Origin: Fistulifera solaris
Lineage: Eukaryota
Assembly (NCBI GenBank): GCA_030295235.1
Contig: AP026158.1
Span: 372,001 to 436,000, forward strand
Length of the DNA stretch: 64,000 nt
Direction: 5' to 3'
Below, piece after piece: positions 1-12,305 of the stretch. The notes under the pieces are model-generated. The model searched no databases. It was given only the letters and a program-made list of their open reading frames with translations, and had not been told where the DNA came from. The stretch's first letter is position 1; the number at the start of each line of letters is the position of its first letter. The position numbers and the translations under genes are program-made.

Positions 1-94
1 ATACTAGATTAGGGAAACATCCGCCAAGATTTCAGACATTAGTGATTAACAAATGACTTCTGTATTCTACACCTTCGGACAGCATTCCAAGCCA

Positions 95-1527
95 TTAAAC
101 TTTACTTGTGAGTGCGACGTGGCGGACTTCGCCGGCATCGTCCACATAAACAACCGAGATCATTTGATCGCCAATGTAAGCAATGTTGGTCGAACTAACT
201 CGACCGTTGTTGTTAGCGTCGCTTGGTTGACTCTTCAACCAATTCATCCCGTACTGTATAGCATAATCCCTTCCACTGTCACTGCTCATTTCTTCCCGTT
301 CTTCCTGTGATGATGACGAAGACTCCGGAAGGGAACAAGTCACCGACGCATTCACCCCCGTAAATGGTTTCGCGGCATCGTAATTCACTTTGTAGCCGAT
401 ATCTTCCAAGGTCGCGACAGTCAATCGCGACAAGAGAGGAACCGCATTGCGGACAAAGCCTGTCATGAGTTCATTCGTTAGGGACAGTTCATCAAAATGA
501 GAGCACGACGTGCCCGGACCACCATCATTTTCAATGGGAATGCTCGTGCCCACACAACCACTCATGAGTTGCCATTCAGTGCTGGCCGCCGAATCTAGTT
601 TGTAATTACATGGTCGTTGCGTCGAATCCGTTAGTCCTTTGATTTTCCAAATGGCGCCGTTGATGCCGTACTGCAACGTAGTTTAAGTAACAAAGAAGTA
701 AAGAGAAAAGATGCATAGAATGTAAGAGAGGCATCTGTAGCTTATATGGTGCGCAACGTGTTTTTACTCTTGCAACGTACCACGTGTCCAATTTCGTGAA
801 GCTGATAAAAACGAGGAGAAAAAAAAAAGAGAGGACGATTTCAACCCGTAAGAACAAATCGATTATTCCTGCAATTCCAAAAAAATGCCTTACAACTTAC
901 AATGACTTCATCAAAAATACCTTGTTGCACCATAAAGTCAACATCGGCTTCATCAAATACCATTCCACCCATGAGAGGAATGCTCGAGTCCCTCCGGATA
1001 AACTCGGCGCCCGCCTGGCCCAGCACCCTACCCGGCCCATCGATCGCTTGCACATTGACACAAATGAGAATATCATCAATCACCTGGGGAATCGATCGTG
1101 CTGTACAAAAGCGAGACTGTTGTTTCGCCGTCGAAGGGAGTTGAATACTGGGTAAATCACCCGTAATGATCTGATTCCATTCCGTCGCAGCATTCCGAAA
1201 GACCGCCTGCAATTGGGAATTCCGAACATTGCGCAAAATCAACGTGGTGTCAAAGCCCGGATAGGATTGATTCCATTCCTCACAAGTACCGCATTCCCAA
1301 TCCGAAGTCCAGCGAGATCCGATGGGTCGACATTGTTCGACACACGAGTCATCATCTGGATTGATGCGTCTCATGCGATTGCGAAACATCCCACATCCTT
1401 GACAGCTGTTCAAAAGCAATTCACGTTGTTCTTCATCGGAACGCAATCCTTTGCCTTGAACACTAGCGTGAAAAGTTATGAAAAATATCCAGAAGACCGA
1501 GACATTGGATAAATGATTCGTCTTCAT
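95..1527 (-). CDS. Secreted leishmanolysin-like (peptidase M8/GP63-like) zinc metalloprotease, paralog 1; 3 exons (1527-901, 801-781, 670-95)
   Basis: Signal peptide and IDGPGRVLGQAG motif. Splicing GT-AG introns gives ...EVI|LHEIGHV|YGINGAIW, which restores HExxH. Downstream CSHFDE (third Zn ligand), ELMTG (Met-turn) and LEDIGY motifs. Confidence 0.88.
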
Positions 1528-2233
1528 GATGGCTTTTAGACGAGATCAAAAAAAAGGACACCCAACTACGATAGATCCAAAAAGACTTTGAGGGGAGTCT
1601 CTTGAAAATGCCGCACAAAATGTTATCGATCGAAGGGAAATCAACAATGATTATCAGAAGGAATGACTCCAATGATCCATATGATGAACGAAAATGATTT
1701 CACTTTCTTTTTGGTGTTGCCGAGGAAGAACCGCATCTTTCTCGTTTCTCCGAAGAAGGGGGCTATTGTACAAACTGTTGTAAAGCTTCTGACAGGCACA
1801 GGCTAATTATTTCGCATGACCAAATTCTTTCTTAAATAATAGTAAGTCGATCTTGCCAAATGTCAGATTCATTGTAATTATGCGTAGTTATGTAGCTTGC
1901 CGGTGTTGGGACAGTGGACGACTTTGTCATCGGTTCAACAAAAACAGCACCGGGCGGTGCGAGACGACGAATTTCGGCTTGGGCGCAATAGAACAAAGAA
2001 AAACGTTATTCGTGCACCACATTTTTTTTTTTGCTTTTTGGCAGGTGCACAATGGGTCGTCTCGTCATCAGGGTGTTCCCTACGATTTCAATTCCGCTGC
2101 AGAAGAAAACATTTTTGAAATATCCACGAGCGGAATACTGACACGGCCTGGTAAACAATCCATGCTTGATTCATTCCTCAAGAAAGTCTTCTTTGGTGCT
2201 CGTCAGAGCGAATTCTCCCTCAATTTAAAGCGA

Positions 2234-3654
2234 TTAAATAATCATATCCGCAGTGACTTCTACGTGCCGTAACGTTCCGATATCGTCCAAATATATGATA
2301 GAAACATACTGGTCGCCAACATATTCGATTCCTTCCTCACTTTCCATTAATCGGGCTGTCTCATACTCTTCCATGGTTTGATTCTGCAAAACTCTTTTCC
2401 GTATTGCACTGCAAACTGATAGCCCGTATCTTCGACAAGACGTCGCCGCCGACGAACTCGTCGTGTCGGTACCTCACATTCGCTTGTACAGGCGAAATTC
2501 GTGTAATTATCCGCGTTCGTGTAATTGACTGTAAATCCCAAATCTTCCATGGCACCCACGGTGATTACCGACAAGGGCAGTTCCACAGCGGATACAAATC
2601 CCGTCATGAGCTCTGTCCGCATACATTGCTCATCAAAATGTGAACACGCGGTGCCCGATCCACCCTCATTTTCAATCGGCACCGCGTAATCAGGTCCACA
2701 TCCCGTCACATTTTGCCACGCCCGACTGGCGGCCGAATCCAGTTTATAGCTACAGGATGGTTCTCGATTGTTGATGAGACCAACCTTATCCCAAATAACT
2801 CGGTTTAAACCGAACTGCATGTGAAAGAAGATGACGACGATAGTAAGAGATAAATGTCTTGTAGCACCCACGCTCCATCAATTCTGCAATGTTCGTTTGA
2901 AAAAAAGACGTACCACATGTCCCATTTCGTGCAGCTAAGCGTGTTAAAGAGATAATGCACATGAGTATCACGCTTCATGAAAATGATAGGGCAACACAAA
3001 CGACACCCGAAACACACACTCTTTATTGACAACACGCACCACAATCCCCTTTAATTGACCGGTCCCTAAGAGCCAGTCCAAATCGACTTCATCAAGCAGC
3101 ATACTCCCAAAGACAACTAATCCATTGTGACGCCGTCGATAGCCGGTACTCGCTCTCGCCAACACCACCCGTCTTCCATCAATCTCTCCTACTCGCACAC
3201 ACACCAAAACATCGTCCACGACACGCGGCAAGGTCCCTATCCGACAATCCGACGTAAAAGGACCTTTTCGTATCAGTGGAATCCGCTGACTTGGTAAATC
3301 ACCTGTCACGACCGATTCCCATCGCGATGCCGCCTCTTCAAAGACCGTTTGTATTGTTTCATTTTGGACATTCCGAAACATGAATGTTACATCAAAGTGG
3401 GGATAATCCCATTCGACGCACGTCCCACATTCCCAACCTCGCAATCCTGGCAATAAAAAGTTGAATCGACATTCTTCTCGACATTTGTCACTGTGAGCCC
3501 GAATTTTTCGCATCCGACTCCGCCCTTTGCCGCAATCGAGTCGAGGACAGTGCGAGGATGAGCGCCTTTCTGTCGAGAATTGTGATGTCGCCGCCCGATC
3601 CGTTCGAACAAGAAGAATTGTTGTTATTAACGCAAGCGCATGAAAGAGCTTCAT
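2234..3654 (-). CDS. Secreted leishmanolysin-like M8 metalloprotease, paralog 2; exons 3654-3040, 2934-2914, 2814-2234; one apparent 1-nt deletion near 2390
   Basis: Same architecture as paralog 1: ...GIV|LHEMGHV|FGLNRVIW, CSHFDE, ELMTG, MEDLGF. After the T-run near 2390 the shifted frame reads ...IEYVGDQYVSIIYLDDIGTLRHVEVT, matching paralog 1 IAYIGDQMISVVYVDDAGEVRHVALT. Confidence 0.85.
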
Positions 3655-4076
3655 ATTAATTAATGATGCATTCTAATATAAAATGAATGGAAATAAATAA
3701 TAATAACACGGAGTGTTTACGCTGCTTTTTGGTTTTTGCTTTTTCGGTATTATATTATTTTTCGTCTGCATGCAATCTTTTCGAGAGCAAGAATGTCTGC
3801 TTGTTTTCAGTATGCGCGAATGAATTGCACTAAAGGATTTTTGAACTGATGAGTACTTTGTAGGAACATGAACACTACTCGGAGTATAAATAATAATTAC
3901 AGGTCATTTCCTGGCAGTCGTGCATGTGACAGTCGAGTCACGAGAAGCTGGGACGTTTACAAAGAATTCACCAACTTCTCGTTTCTTTACGCAGACACAA
4001 AGTTTGTTCAATCGAAAAGCCTTGTTTCATTTACCATTGTCCTCATTCACTGATTGCTTGACTTGATATGTGTCAG

Positions 4077-5041
4077 TCAAGACAACAAGAATTGAGCCGT
4101 CACACGCGCCACTTGTTCGTGTTGTTCCGTCAAAGAGATGGTGCGTGTTCCATCCGGCCTCGGATACGTTTGGTGCGGATAATCACCAAAGCCGCCATGA
4201 TTTCCTCCTTTTATTTCGTATCGTTGTATTTCGGGAGTGGACGGAGGTGGATCACTGAAACGAAAGCCATCTTGAGAGGCCGTGACCACCAATTCGGTGA
4301 CAGTCGGGGAGATTGGAGTAGCGCGTGGATAATTCACGCCCCATAACACCAATTGGGAGATTTCGGGCATTTTTGGCAACAATTCTTGTGCGGTGAGCCC
4401 ACCGAGGGAATGTCCCCCCAAAGCCCAGTTACGCACCGAGCAATTCGCTTGAGCGAGTTCGTTCGTGGCATGCTTCATGACGTCGCGTAGGGCGTGCTCA
4501 TTCAGACCAAAAAAGGGTGACATTAATCGTCGGTATCGATCCGTCTGTAACAAAATCACCGCAAGGTTATTGCCCTCTTGACGCAGTTTGTGACAAACAC
4601 CAGCATACGCTCGAGCATCCACCAAAGCGCCCGGAAGAAACACCAAGGCTACGACTGAATCCTTGTTCTTTGACGGCAAGAACAGATCATAAAGCGAATC
4701 GACGATTCGAATCGAAGACTCATGTTGGGCATACACGTCCAGTGCCGTTGGGTTCGCATCAAGACGATGTTCATACCATCCGCGAGCGAACGGCTGACTT
4801 TGTTGCCATCGGGGTCTCAAAACCAACCAAAACAATCCACAAGCCACACTCGCAACGGCGATGGGATACGACGGCGATAGCAATAACAGGAGTAGCGATG
4901 TAGTTTTGAAAGTACCCGAAAACCTTCGTTGCGTGGGAAAGAGACGAGGGAATTCTTGATGAAACTGAAAGGCCAGGGCGTCTTTTGACAAGTCCACAGC
5001 GAAACAGGTTGACTCGACGTCAATGGACTATGTTGCAACAT
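4077..5041 (-). CDS. Alpha/beta-fold hydrolase with N-terminal hydrophobic segment (start uncertain; the ATG at 5041 needs a frameshift near 4905)
   Basis: FLPGALV oxyanion loop, GGHSLGG nucleophile elbow, ASQDG (Asp) and GGNHGGFGDY (His) in the 306-aa ORF. Confidence 0.8.
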
Positions 5042-5541
5042 AGCGTTCTTCGGTTCTTCGGTTCTTTTTTCTGCTTCTTCTTTTTTGGACTAAATTCCAG
5101 GAATAAGATGGGATGGAAGGTGGCGTTCTAGAACAATAGAGACGGAGTGAGTCGCAAAACAAAAGAAAGATCTCGACGAGGGTTCGCAAAAAAAAAAACA
5201 ATGTTCCTCGCGTTCTCTTCTATTTCTCTAACAAAAGTCACAGTGGGACGCAACGTTTTAAAACCAGATTGTGTTGCCCATCCGTCATGCATTACTTCAG
5301 GACGTTCGAGAGACGGCTTCTTGGAATCAAACGCAATGAAATGCTTCGGTTTCACATTATTTTAGTCCATACAAGAAGGAAATAATTGGATGAAGGACCG
5401 AAGCGCGAGAGCAATGACAAAATACTCATATTGCTACGAAGTTAGTTCTTTCAAAATGGACACTTTTCACAATCGATGACAATCAGTGTTTGATTGGAAG
5501 TTACGGCAGTTTCGGCGTGTCATCTCTTTTCAAAATCTGCG

Positions 5542-5850
5542 TCAATTGAACCAATTACAGCAGATGAATCGCTCGCAACCCTCCGACTTTTCTGCCTCTG
5601 TCGATGGAGCGGCGGAAGCAGCCAGTGACTTGGAAGGAGCTCCGGAAGGTGCGCGTGACCTTGTCGGCTCAAAGGACGGCCCTATGGAGGGTGCTGGTGA
5701 GGAAGTCGGTGTCGGAGAAGGAGCTTCTGAGGGATTGATCGTCGGCTGTCCTTCCAAACGGCGAAGTGAATCATCGAAAACGCGCCCTTGCACAAAGGCG
5801 AAGGAAAGCAACAACAGCGTGGATCCAAATAGAAAGAATGGATACCGCAT
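5542..5850 (-). CDS. Small secreted Pro/Ser/Thr-rich (PSxxPS) protein with Cys-rich tail
   Basis: Signal peptide MRYPFFLFGSTLLLLSFAFVQG, RRL site, PTxxPS/PSxxPS repeats, C-terminus CERFICCNWFN. Confidence 0.7.
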   Translation of the reverse strand: MRYPFFLFGSTLLLLSFAFVQGRVFDDSLRRLEGQPTINPSEAPSPTPTSSPAPSIGPSFEPTRSRAPSGAPSKSLAASAAPSTEAEKSEGCERFICCNWFN

Positions 5851-6976
5851 GATGAATCTAAACAAGTTGTAGCATCGAAAGGCGCAAAGGAATTATACTG
5901 GTAGTGTCGAATCAGTGCACCGTCGCCAACAAACAAACAACAAAGCACGACAAAAGTCGGCTCATTTTTCTCGGCAGTTTTTTGATTCCCTGGTTTTTCT
6001 TCGCTCGTGTGACTATACAAGATAAAGTGTTGGGAAACGCGGACGAGCGCAAAGCGTTCCTACTGTCATCGAAAGCTAAATAAATTTACTCCTATCTTGG
6101 AGCACTGTCAAACTTATCGTTGAGGTGATTTCAACAACTAACGACAGTAAAGGATTGCTGTGTTAGTTCTGTCTTTCAAATTTGCAATCGCAGTTGCCGT
6201 GTGAGGACGGAGCGACCAAAAGGACACCAATTTTTCATAACGATTTCATTTGCTGACTGATATAATCAAAGCAACAGCAAGACATCCGTCCGTATAAGGC
6301 GACACGTTCGTACTGTAACAGCATGCCGCAGCAGTTCTCGGGTGATGACGCTATTCGGCGTCGTTTCGATTTCCGTTCGAGATGACACGCGAGGATCGAC
6401 GACAAAATGCATACCAGTACGCGCTTAGTTATGCAACAATCGGAGCAGATCTTCTTCCTTTTCACTCGCTATTCGTGGCAATGTTTTTTTCACGGGCGTC
6501 CATTGGTTCATATACTCCAACGATGACTCCATTAAATCTCTTTGTTGCAGCTGTTTACCTCACAATTTTGAGGTTCACCCCGCACTGGATTTGGAAGGAG
6601 AGAAAACGATGTGGCGACAAAACGACACACACCGTCATTGTTTCAGTTGAGAGATGGCCCCGTGCGGAACGAATTGGTGGGAAAAATGTAAGGTGATACC
6701 GCGACGATACATATTTCTATCATTCATTTTTTTTTGATTTTTCATCTCGCAATACTTGAGGTTCATCTCTCATTGGCGACGGCGATTGTGTAGAAGAACA
6801 ACATGCGACAAGACGACGAACTGTCTTCCTACAAGATGAAAAGAACGTTTGTGCTTTCTTTTCAACGGCATATTGTTGAACAAAATGTTACCAAAACTGT
6901 AAGTATTTTTGCATTAATGTGTTCAATTCTACAAACACACCGTCATCCCATCGGAGCCACGCCCACCATGATTCAC

Positions 6977-7861
6977 TCAGCGATCACAGCAGAAAAACAG
7001 AGAACATTCTTCGGGGGCTGCCACGCACCATTCCGGAGGATCACTCGACAAAGTACATATGCCATCTTTGATGAATTGCGTGTACGCACTCACTCTGGTG
7101 TTGATACCTGGCGTATTGGGACGCGCACACCCTGCGCCGACAGAGACAATTCCCACCACCGTGTCGTCCACCAAAAGTGGACCACCGGAATCTCCTTGAC
7201 AACTGTCTTTGCCGCCTTCCGTTTCCCCCGCGCAAATTTGTAGAGCGGTATTGGCTCCCATGGTCTCGACGCAGGTTTGAGAACTTTGTACCGTGAGTTC
7301 TACCTCTAGCAATGTCGAAGAGACAGACCCACCTTCGGAAGTTGCACCAAAGCCAATGACATTGACCTTCGAATTGCTAGCTGGAACCGTGGCCTTGGTA
7401 TTCCATTGGGCCACCGGTGACGAACTTGTGGACGCCAATTTGATCAGCATGATATCGTTGTCAGACGTGTTGGTATTGTATTGGGGATGCAGTAATAGTT
7501 GCTTGACGGTATTGCTTTCATCACCCTCACCGGACAATTGAACGGCGCCAATATAAATTGTCTTGTCAATCGCAAAGCCTTCATCACAGTGCGCCGCGGT
7601 CAAGACAATGTCCGAGTGAATGAGGGTTCCGCCGCACACAATGCCACGCGTATGTACAAAGTAGGGATATTCACCATCGGTGGCCGGTGTTCCGCCAACA
7701 ATACGCCCGTGTACCGATGAAAGGGAAAGTAGAAGAATGATCAGTGACGATACATCGCTTCGGACGCGACTGTTTTTATGCAAATGGCAACGAAAAGAGT
7801 TGCGATGTTCCGGAAGACATGCCCGTGGACATGCGAAAATAAAAGTGGATTGGGTCATCAC
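6977..7861 (-). CDS. Secreted trypsin-like serine protease (S1A); true start probably near 7755
   Basis: R-IVGG activation site, [23 protein letters not shown]; hydrophobic signal segment [13 protein letters not shown]. Confidence 0.92.
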   Translation of the reverse strand: MMTQSTFIFACPRACLPEHRNSFRCHLHKNSRVRSDVSSLIILLLSLSSVHGRIVGGTPATDGEYPYFVHTRGIVCGGTLIHSDIVLTAAHCDEGFAIDKTIYIGAVQLSGEGDESNTVKQLLLHPQYNTNTSDNDIMLIKLASTSSSPVAQWNTKATVPASNSKVNVIGFGATSEGGSVSSTLLEVELTVQSSQTCVETMGANTALQICAGETEGGKDSCQGDSGGPLLVDDTVVGIVSVGAGCARPNTPGINTRVSAYTQFIKDGICTLSSDPPEWCVAAPEECSLFFCCDR

Positions 7862-8342
7862 CCTGGTGTGTTAGGCCTTTCGGTTTTGTCTCGAAACGAT
7901 GAAGAAGAAGTAAGTAGATCACTAGGTTAAGGGGGTTAGCTCTTGCCGCTTGGCTCTTTCCACATCATCAGGAAGGCACTTTTTACGCCTTGGATCTCAC
8001 CTCTTGCCATAAGATTAACCTGTTTTTGAATTCCGATATTCATTCTTCTTTCACTGTTTTCCGTATCGTCGGTCTTTTTGTCCCTAGTAGAAAGAGTATT
8101 TCGAATTTCGAATGACTTTTTGCTTTTCATTAGGGTGCAGGCTTTTTCGTCGATCTTGTGAGCGGCGACACAAACCGGCACTCAATCAGAGCATTATTGT
8201 TATTATTTTTGTTCGTTTCGTTTTACAAGAAGTAGCGGAGATCGGCCGATCGCATCATCATTGTCATTCACCTTTGAATATCAAGACCAAAACGTTTTTC
8301 ATCGAATCATACCTCCCTTTTTCACGGAATAAACAACATTTG

Positions 8343-9032
8343 ATGCGTTCATCTCGATCTACTGCCTACGTACTGCTTCTGATGGTGCCGTTGCTATTGC
8401 TGTCGACGACGACTCGAACGGAAGCAGAAGTATATCCACCGCGTTTGACCTTTTACGTACAAGTTCGGTAAGAATCTTCCTCTGTGTGTTTCCTAAGATC
8501 ATTGAGGAGCTTAGCTAATGTTTTTTCTTTGATTTTCTACAGAGGAAAAGGAAAGAAACAGAGATTGGCGTCAACAACATCAAATTTACCAACGGTCGTC
8601 AATGTCATGTCACAACAACCTATTTCGATGGACGTAAAAAACAATAAAAATAAGATTCATCTTCAGCAGCAAAGATTCCGTCCGGCACAAGCTCTTACCC
8701 AGCGCTGGTCCAAAACGTCGTCCTTTTTCTCGCAAAGAACGTCGTCACTCATGACGGCCGTCAGAGAGCACATTCCTCGGCCGGACCAACCAGATTGGAC
8801 AGTTCCTCGATGGAATGTCACGAGACAGAAAGTAAATTGTCCAATCGAGCAAAAGGAACGACTGAAATCATGGCGAGCCAAAGCCGTCTCGTGGCAGCCA
8901 TCGTTGCGTGAATGGATGTCGAACGCCCGAAACTATATCCACAAGAAGAAGGACGACGAGGACAAGTCCTATGTGCTGGGTTATTATATCTTTAGTTTTG
9001 CCGTCGGTCTTACGTTTGATATGCTGTTTTAA
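8343..9032 (+). CDS. Hypothetical protein with signal peptide and C-terminal transmembrane anchor; intron 8468-8542
   Basis: MRSSRSTAYVLLLMVPLLLLS signal; the gtaag...ctacag intron joins the two ORFs in frame; C-terminal YVLGYYIFSFAVGLTFDMLF. Confidence 0.65.
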
Positions 9033-9500
9033 ACGAAATCAATCAACGAAGAGGGGGACGATCGCCATCTTGGGGACAAGAAGAAAACGAGGCAAACACT
9101 TACTCACCATTTTCTAAATTGAAACAAATTTATAGTTTGAGTAAATATTGCAATTCCATGTTCATTGGATTTTCCCGATAACAACTGATCTCAACCCTAT
9201 GAAGTTCAAAAATCTGTATTTCCGACTTCGTTGGCATGTCGTCGTCGGATTTGTATACTCGGGACTCAAAATCTGTTGATTACGCAAGACACGTGATTGC
9301 AGGCTTCGCATCGAGTGCCATGAGAAATGCGAACTCCAAAAAAAGATCACGACGCAGAAATAATACGTGTGACAAGCTTGTTCTTTGCAACAACACTAAC
9401 CTGCAATCCGAAGATATCGTTCGTTAAAAAGTATAACTTTTCTTGTTTGTCTCATAAAACAATTTTTTCTTTTCCAGAGAAAATCATTTAAGTTTACATC

Positions 9501-10172
9501 ATGTTTCGATTTACCATCCTTTTGTGCATGGGCGTAGTGGCCTCAGTTTCGGCTCGTCCATTCCTACTTTCGAGCGTGTCGACATTTGGCATCGTGCGGT
9601 ACGTGTAGAGTGATATGCTGCCTCGCAGAAGTATTGCTATGTCAGTCATCGCTTCATTGCTCACTTCAGATATCTATCTTATCAGCGGAGGTACGTCTTC
9701 AAATATATCCTTGGCAGAGGACTACGAACGTGCCGAAAAGACTATTTTCAACAGCCTCGTGGCCGCCGAAAAAGCTCTCGAGCACGCCATTCACCAAGAA
9801 GTCGACGCATTGTTCCACGACGATAAAGACCATCATAAAGCCAAGGCTTCCGAGGCCATTCAAAAAGGTGCCGCTCAAGTCCGCGAAAGTCGAAATTTTC
9901 GGTCGCTGTTGGACCGCAAACACCCCAAAGTCCCCGATCATCCCGACTCGAATGTATTGTATGCTATTGAAGCGTCCGAAAAGGCCATGATGGATGCGGT
10001 TCGAAAAGAAGTGGATTTGCTGTTCCATTTCGAACCCAAGAAGGAACAAGTGCAAACAGCACTCGCAAATGTTCAAGCGCGCAAAGATCAACATGACGAA
10101 AAGCGACAGCAGTACTTACTTTCCTCCTACAAAGATATGATTGAGAATTACGAGAGTTATGTTTGGGAATAA
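9501..10172 (+). CDS. Secreted/ER-targeted helical protein with two internal repeats; intron 9599-9685
   Basis: Exon 1 MFRFTILLCMGVVASVSA...IVR joins GG across gtacgt...atcag. Repeats AAEKALEHAIHQEVDALFH and ASEKAMMDAVRKEVDLLFH. Confidence 0.75.
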
Positions 10173-10342
10173 TACATGATATTTAGGAACATGCATACAG
10201 TTGTTGGGAGAAAACCGTGCTTGCAATAGTCACCATACTACACGGTTGTGATGAAAAACTAACAACGTATTAATGATACTGATTATAGGCGTTTTAATCA
10301 GAAGTGGTCTATAGCGTAAATGTGGTAGATTAAAACACAAGG

Positions 10343-10660
10343 TCATCTTATCAAAACGAGGAAATCGTTTTCTTCCATCGACGGCGCACGCTTTGGTCGT
10401 GACGGCGCTGTCGCTGAATGATTTGACGAATTCGAGATCCATCGATTTTCCTCATCATCGTCTTCCTCCTTGCTCGCTTTGGAAGGAAACAATAAGATTT
10501 CTTTGGGCACATCACTGGGTTGTCTCGTCAGCGCCTCTCGGCGCTTTCTTCCGGGCATTCGCTTTGACACCGACAGCTGTGGACTAGATAGAGCTACGTT
10601 CATGGGTGGTGGCAAAGGACACACATTGTTTGTGCTTCGTTTTGATCCGTAAAGCTCCAT
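10343..10660 (-). CDS. Small hypothetical protein
   Basis: 105-aa ATG-initiated ORF with an acidic stretch followed by RW and P.RP motifs, as in other small ORFs here; no domain recognised. Confidence 0.4.
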   Translation of the reverse strand: MELYGSKRSTNNVCPLPPPMNVALSSPQLSVSKRMPGRKRREALTRQPSDVPKEILLFPSKASKEEDDDEENRWISNSSNHSATAPSRPKRAPSMEENDFLVLIR

Positions 10661-12305
10661 TGTTGGCAGGTTTTGTTTTTATGAGAATATCGGGAGGATG
10701 TCGATAGGCTTCGACACTTGGTTTCACTGACTTGCACTATCTACGTTGGCTATATGCTTGTGCCGACGGCAAATCGCAATGAAAAGGTGCAACTTGTTTT
10801 CTCCGCGAACCGACAATAAGACAAACTGTATGGAAGTCGTTTGACCGTCGTCAACACAAGAAGAAAAAAAATCGGATAGTGGAGCGGAACGGCAGTGATC
10901 CGTGACGCAATGGACATAAAGTCATTGGTTTACACTCACGTACCTATAGTTCGGACAAATAAGTCCACAATGCAGGGGAAAGCACACATAGAAAGTAGGA
11001 CTTTCGGAAAATGAAAAGTCACTATACCATTTCATCTACGGAATTGTAATTTTCGTGAACGCTTGGGGAAAATGAAGACAACAAACTACGGATGGGGGCA
11101 ATTACCTTAATTGAACAATGATATTCGGCGCAGATTTAATAACCGAACCCGAGAACCGCGAAGGTGCGGGAAATTGTGTACTTTCACGTTTGCCCCTGTA
11201 GAGAAATGTACAAAGCAGAGTTGCGTTCCCGTTTCCAGTTTCCCGTGTCTCCCTGCGGAAGATCAGCACAAAACTGTTTTATCGAACCATTTCGGAAGAA
11301 TGCGTAATCGTTTTTCTGATATCCTTTGTACAATTTCCCATGACAACACTTTAAAAATGTCGCCGCGTCGCCGCAACCATAAGGAAAACTTTTTTGCGTG
11401 TCTGGTTTTTTTAAAGCTGAAAACTCCGCACTGTTGACTTGGGACTCGGGACTCGCACTAAAAGGCTCACTGTTAATTCCCCGCAAATTACGCGAACATG
11501 TCGCACAATCATCTACATTCTGCATACCGACATCCCAAAAGGAAAACTAATTGCCCCACAGCTGCGAGCGCACTTTTTACGTAATTACTTTCATTGAAAC
11601 ACAACGTCTTTAACGACAGCGATATTGGTGACTTTTTCATTACCAACCCCTGATGTGGAAACAAGAAACACAAAAACTGACGATTCCTACATGATGCATT
11701 GTAGCTCGCTTTTGACCGGTTTCAGAGCATTGCTTTGTACTACGTATTTGCAATATTTCCATCGCGATTAGCGTTGCCAAAAAGTTATTCACGAAAAAGC
11801 CTCAGCCAACAACTTTAACGTCCTTGGTAGGTGCACACAATTGCACGGACTGAAATTAAAATCAAGCAAATATCAAAGCAGAATCCTCATACTCTATCCT
11901 ACGTAATTTCAAAAGCTGCCTAATCGTCTTCGCATACTTTCGAACCTGACAAGTGATGATAAGTCGAACATCATTCTGTAATTTGAAAACGTCGATCTTT
12001 CAAGGAATAAAATTTAGTCTAACGATGATCCCAAGAATTACACGACGTCGAAGTCTGGATGGCTACTCGCTAGTAGCAAAGGTAAAGCAAAGAATATAAA
12101 ACGGCAATTGAAACACTTAGGAGGTATGCAATATCGTTAATCAGCAGTATGAGACCAAATACCAGGTACTTGTTTGTGAATTCTCAGGCGAAAATGTTGA
12201 ACGGTGAAGAGCGGACAAGAGAAAGGTCTAGTGTCTGAGCATTTATCCCCGAACGGGCTATTCTTGATTGGATCAATTACTCCTGCAGAAGGGGTAATAC
12301 GGATG

